DNA of 33,319 bases, taken from positions 1 through 33,319 of the IMG/VR virus record IMGVR_UViG_3300017914_002862, one strand, 5' to 3'. The notes beneath the pieces are model-generated. The model did not search any database. It had not been told where the DNA came from and worked only from the letters and a program-made list of their open reading frames with translations. Positions within the stretch are counted from its first letter, which is position 1, and every line of letters starts with the position of its first letter. This document shows positions 29,392-33,319 of the stretch, piece by piece. Both the position numbers and the translations under genes were made by a program. This DNA comes from a virus. Its lineage: Duplodnaviria > Caudoviricetes.

Positions 29392-29775
29392 ATGAAATCT
29401 TTGTTTGAAGTTATTAATATCGACTTGGCACAAGAATATACAAAAGAACGTAAACTTGCAAAACTAGATAGTATTGCAACAGAAGTTGGTCCAACACTAG
29501 AAGCAGAAGCAAAAGAAGCTATTGCTGCAATGGATATTCCTGAAAGTGACGAACGCTTTCATTGGATTCAAAAACTTGGTCGTGCAATGGGAGCAGATTT
29601 GCTTACCATTGGTAAAGTACAACCAGAAAATATGATTGCAGCATCAGCACTTTCAGTTGAAGATTTTCAAGAAGCTGTAAAGGTAGCAGTCAAGGGTGCA
29701 AATGATTTGAATCAATGGACTGTTGCAGCAGAAAGAGCAATTGCACAAGACACAATTTCTGAAAAAATTGTATGA
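29392..29775 (+). CDS. Hypothetical helical protein (127 aa)
   Basis: SD AGGAG. ATGA overlap with the next gene. Confidence 0.8.
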   Translation: MKSLFEVINIDLAQEYTKERKLAKLDSIATEVGPTLEAEAKEAIAAMDIPESDERFHWIQKLGRAMGADLLTIGKVQPENMIAASALSVEDFQEAVKVAVKGANDLNQWTVAAERAIAQDTISEKIV

Positions 29776-30368
29776 CAAAAATAGCAATATGTGTTCCTGC
29801 TAGAGACACAGTTCATGCAGGATTTGCACTAGGGTTATCCAAGGTAGTTGAACAACTTGTAAAGACCAACATTGAACACGAGGTATTGTTTAATCTTGGT
29901 ACTGTTTTACCTGACCAAAGAAATACCCTTGTAAAAGATGCAATACGTATTGGTGCTACACACATATTGTGGTTAGACAGTGACATTCATGTGCCTGCAA
30001 GTGTTGTACACACATTGTTGTCACACGATAGAGAAATTGTAGCTGCTGCATACAGCACTAGGATGCCTCCGTACAACAGTGTTGCATTTACAGATAAAGA
30101 CGATTTAAACAAACGTCTTGATGCTTCAAGAGGCTTGCACAGTGTATGGGCAGTAGGAATGGGATGTATGCTTGTAGATACTGAAGTTTACAAATATTTA
30201 GGCCAACCTTGGCATAATTACGAATACAACCAACCTACTGAAAGTTTAACTGGCGAAGATATATACTTTTGTAACAACGCAAACAGTGCAGGTATTCCAG
30301 TTCATGTTGATGCAACACTGAGCCAAGAAATAGCACACTACGGAACAAAATCATTTAAACTAGGTTAA
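29772..30368 (+). CDS. GT2-like (GT-A fold) glycosyltransferase
   Basis: KIAICVPARD, QRNTLV, THILWLDSD (DxD motif), VGMGCMLV, GEDIYFC and a late HYG. Confidence 0.85.
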   Translation: MTKIAICVPARDTVHAGFALGLSKVVEQLVKTNIEHEVLFNLGTVLPDQRNTLVKDAIRIGATHILWLDSDIHVPASVVHTLLSHDREIVAAAYSTRMPPYNSVAFTDKDDLNKRLDASRGLHSVWAVGMGCMLVDTEVYKYLGQPWHNYEYNQPTESLTGEDIYFCNNANSAGIPVHVDATLSQEIAHYGTKSFKLG

Positions 30369-30372
30369 TAAA

Positions 30373-33319
30373 TTGACAACTGCTTTTGATCGTTTTAATT
30401 TATATAAAAAACAAAATTACACTGGATTAGATACTCTCAAGAAACATTTCTTGACTACTTATCCGGTGCATTATACAGATAATCCAATTGACGAAAGTGT
30501 TGCAAAACAGTACAACACGGATTATGTTTGGATAGTTGATAAAAATATAGAAGTACTTGAAAACTTTCCTTGGCACTTCTCACCTGATCAAACCAAAGAA
30601 CCTGCTAGACATGTATTTCCATATGTATTCAAAGGCAGCAAGCGTATCAAAAGTTGGAGTAAGGTAAAACTTGTTCCGACCCAAGTAGAACCTGCTGAAA
30701 CAATACAACACAAGCATATTGCTGCAAAATATGATGCCAAAAAAGGCAAACCACATTTTGATGTATTCTACATTGGGCAACACGATACTATACTTGATAA
30801 AATACCAGATGCTGTTCAAGTTAACAGTTTTGAAGAAGCAAAAGAAAAAGCATACACAGATATGTTTTGGCTTGTGCCTGAAGATGTTGAATTAAACAAA
30901 TATTTTAAATTCAATTTTAATCCAGATGATTGGAGTACAAAAGTTGTGCATGTGTTTGGCAACGGTAGTCCAGATTCTTTTGACGGTGTAGCATTGTTTC
31001 CTACTGGATACGATCCGGCAGCCAAAGAATTACAACATCGTTTTTACGTAAACAAAAAAGAAATTAAAATACAAGCAAGCGTACCCAAACAGTATCCTGT
31101 TTACAATTTTAAAAATTATGACGAATATACTGACACATTAGAAAACTCAACTAGTGAATTGTTTTGGTATACACCTAACGATGTTGAATTAAAAAATGAT
31201 TTAGATTTGTACTTTACGCATCATAATCAATACGATAGACGTACAAACCATGTCTTTTTGAATGGCAATGAATATGACGGTGTGATGTTGTTGAGCAAAC
31301 ATGCTCCTATTACACGCAAAGAATTTGAACATCGTTTTCTTGCAAATAAAAAAGAACACAAAGAGGTATATAGTACGCCAAAAAAGTATGAACAGTTTTG
31401 CATAAACAATTACAATGACTACAAAAAAGCATGTGTTTATAGCAAAACTGATATGTTTTGGGGTATTCCTAGTGACGTTGAAGTAGCTGAAGACTTTGAT
31501 TTTGATTTATATTTTAGTCATCATAATCGTTACGATAGAACAATTACACATGTTTTTGCAAACGGGACATCATATGACGGTGTGGTATTGTTTAGTAAAC
31601 ATGCACCTGTGTCCAAAAAAGAAGTTGACTATAGATTTTATGCAGATAAAAAAGAATGGAACATTGTAGCAAGTCATCCTAAAATTTATCCTGTGCATGA
31701 TATTGAGACATATGATCAATATCTACAAGTTATAGAGCAAGAAGACAGCGAATTATTTTGGATGAGCAGTCCAAATATTTCAATGATGACAAGTGTATAT
31801 GATGTGTACATTAGTCATCATGATAGAAACCTGCGTATGCAAAATCATGTGTTTTTACATCAAAATAATGATGGTGTATCTTATAATGGAATGATATTGT
31901 GTAGTAAACACAAGTTACTTACAAAGAATGAAGTCGAATATAGACATCCAGTAGATCGTATTGAACATCCAAACGTAATTAGTAAAAATAAAAAATACGA
32001 TATGTTTTGGATTGAAACATATGATCAATATTTGTCTGCATTGGAAAACAGTGAAACTGAAATGTTTTGGATGAATAGTCCAAACATTGGCACTGAATAC
32101 TTTGATTTTAATTTTACATTTGACTTTGATAACACATACGATAGGCATACAAATCATGCATTTCAACACATTGTAGATAACCAAATTAGTTATAATGGCT
32201 TGTTTTTATGCAGTAAACATAAACCTTTAACACAAAAAGAAGTTGAGCATAGACATATAGTCGATGTAAAAGAATGGGATAAAGAAGGTAGTCATGATAT
32301 TACATATGATAGATTTTGTATTGAATCATATGATGATTATTTAATGGCACTTGAAAATAGTGAAACAGAACTGTTTTGGGGATATACTGAAAACGTAGAT
32401 ACAAGAGACTTTGATTATGACTTGTATTTTACTCACGACAATACACATGATAGAAAAACAAATCACAATTTTATACACTTGGTAAATGGCAAAGTATTAC
32501 GCAATGGTGTTTTCTTATACAGTAAACATGCTCCGGTTACTGAAAAAGAAATTGATTTTAGACATGTTGTAAATGCAAAAGAATGGGATATTATTGCAAG
32601 TCGTCCAGCAGCATATGAACGTTTTGTTATCAACTCTTATGCAGACTATTTGTATGCACTTGACACTACACGTACTGAAATGTTTTGGGGTATTCCTAGT
32701 GATGTAGAAGTATGTATTGATTTTGAATTTAAAGAATACTTCACTCATGATAACGAATATGATAGAAAAACCAATCACGTGTTCTTAAACAATGACACTT
32801 ACGACGGTGTTGTATTGTTCAGTGCACATACACCTGTAACACAAAAAGAAATTGAAACAAGATTTTTTGTTAATAAGAAAGAACACTCGGTTATTGCAAG
32901 TTATCCCAAGCAATATGACAAATTTGTTGTCGAAACATATAATGATTATCTAAACGCACTTGAGTACAGTAAGACCGATATGTTCTGGGCTACAACACAT
33001 AATATTGAAATTAAAAACGAATTTGATTTTAATTTATACTTTAGCCATCATAATCAATACGATAGAACTATCAACCATACCTTTGCACACAAAGTTAATA
33101 ACGAAGTTCATCATAATGGGCTATTCTTACTGACAAAGCATGCCGTTCTCACACAGAAAGAAATTGAACACAGATTAATTGCACAACGTAAAGAATGGAA
33201 TATAGTTGCTAGTGGTCCTGTACAGTATGATAAATTCAAGATTAATACTTATGAAGATTATCTATATGAAAAAAAAAAAAAAAAAACAGAAATGTTCTGG
33301 ATTATACCAAAAGATGTTG
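30373..33319 (+). CDS. 3'-truncated protein (>980 aa) of tandem ~100-aa degenerate GT-A-like repeats (absent from the ORF track)
   Basis: The frame appears open from a probable TTG at 30373 to the window end, which explains its absence from the track. Starts (M)TTAFDRFNLYKKQNYTGLD. The (T/S)(D/E)(M/L)FW Trp codon recurs at 30868, 31165, 31459, 31759, 32068, 32377, 32686, 32986 and 33298. Confidence 0.85.
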   Translation, partial: MTTAFDRFNLYKKQNYTGLDTLKKHFLTTYPVHYTDNPIDESVAKQYNTDYVWIVDKNIEVLENFPWHFSPDQTKEPARHVFPYVFKGSKRIKSWSKVKLVPTQVEPAETIQHKHIAAKYDAKKGKPHFDVFYIGQHDTILDKIPDAVQVNSFEEAKEKAYTDMFWLVPEDVELNKYFKFNFNPDDWSTKVVHVFGNGSPDSFDGVALFPTGYDPAAKELQHRFYVNKKEIKIQASVPKQYPVYNFKNYDEYTDTLENSTSELFWYTPNDVELKNDLDLYFTHHNQYDRRTNHVFLNGNEYDGVMLLSKHAPITRKEFEHRFLANKKEHKEVYSTPKKYEQFCINNYNDYKKACVYSKTDMFWGIPSDVEVAEDFDFDLYFSHHNRYDRTITHVFANGTSYDGVVLFSKHAPVSKKEVDYRFYADKKEWNIVASHPKIYPVHDIETYDQYLQVIEQEDSELFWMSSPNISMMTSVYDVYISHHDRNLRMQNHVFLHQNNDGVSYNGMILCSKHKLLTKNEVEYRHPVDRIEHPNVISKNKKYDMFWIETYDQYLSALENSETEMFWMNSPNIGTEYFDFNFTFDFDNTYDRHTNHAFQHIVDNQISYNGLFLCSKHKPLTQKEVEHRHIVDVKEWDKEGSHDITYDRFCIESYDDYLMALENSETELFWGYTENVDTRDFDYDLYFTHDNTHDRKTNHNFIHLVNGKVLRNGVFLYSKHAPVTEKEIDFRHVVNAKEWDIIASRPAAYERFVINSYADYLYALDTTRTEMFWGIPSDVEVCIDFEFKEYFTHDNEYDRKTNHVFLNNDTYDGVVLFSAHTPVTQKEIETRFFVNKKEHSVIASYPKQYDKFVVETYNDYLNALEYSKTDMFWATTHNIEIKNEFDFNLYFSHHNQYDRTINHTFAHKVNNEVHHNGLFLLTKHAVLTQKEIEHRLIAQRKEWNIVASGPVQYDKFKINTYEDYLYEKKKKKTEMFWIIPKDV

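Noticed and set aside
30373-30378. TTGACA as a -35 box
   Set aside because: No convincing -10 at 17 nt. The TTG is better read as the probable start codon of the long repeat ORF.
1-33319. CRISPR array, tRNA genes, introns, inteins, homing endonucleases or stop-codon recoding
   Set aside because: None seen. Core genes are uninterrupted and of plausible length under the standard code, and all repeats are coding and degenerate.

Overview
A 33 kb, AT-rich, almost entirely plus-strand piece of the late (structural) region of a large T4-like tailed dsDNA phage. The host cannot be determined from this window. Gene order: 3' end of a tape-measure/baseplate-hub-like gene; portal (gp20); a small ORF; a CstII/Maf-fold sugar-transferase-like gene; an acidic prohead core protein; prohead protease (gp21); scaffold (gp22); major capsid protein (gp23) with a terminator; a divergent cold-shock-like protein; a ~250 nt structured putative ncRNA with its own promoter and terminator; three small-to-medium virion proteins; two giant paralogous fibre/virion proteins (2603 aa and 3543 aa, the second ending in a peptidase S74 chaperone); a 51-aa fibre-associated ORF; a GT2-like glycosyltransferase; and a >980-aa ORF of ~100-aa tandem GT-A-like repeats that runs off the window and is missing from the ORF track. 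Three things stand out. (1) The two giant proteins carry 13 tandem ~150-aa helical modules, each with an invariant Cys in a (K)C-x-R-D-x-G motif that aligns in register with the bilin-attachment site of phycobiliprotein alpha subunits. (2) The multi-branch ncRNA candidate sits next to a cold-shock-like gene. (3) Several sugar-transferase-like genes lie among the structural genes, suggesting virion glycosylation. All family calls are from motif recognition by eye, not database searches.
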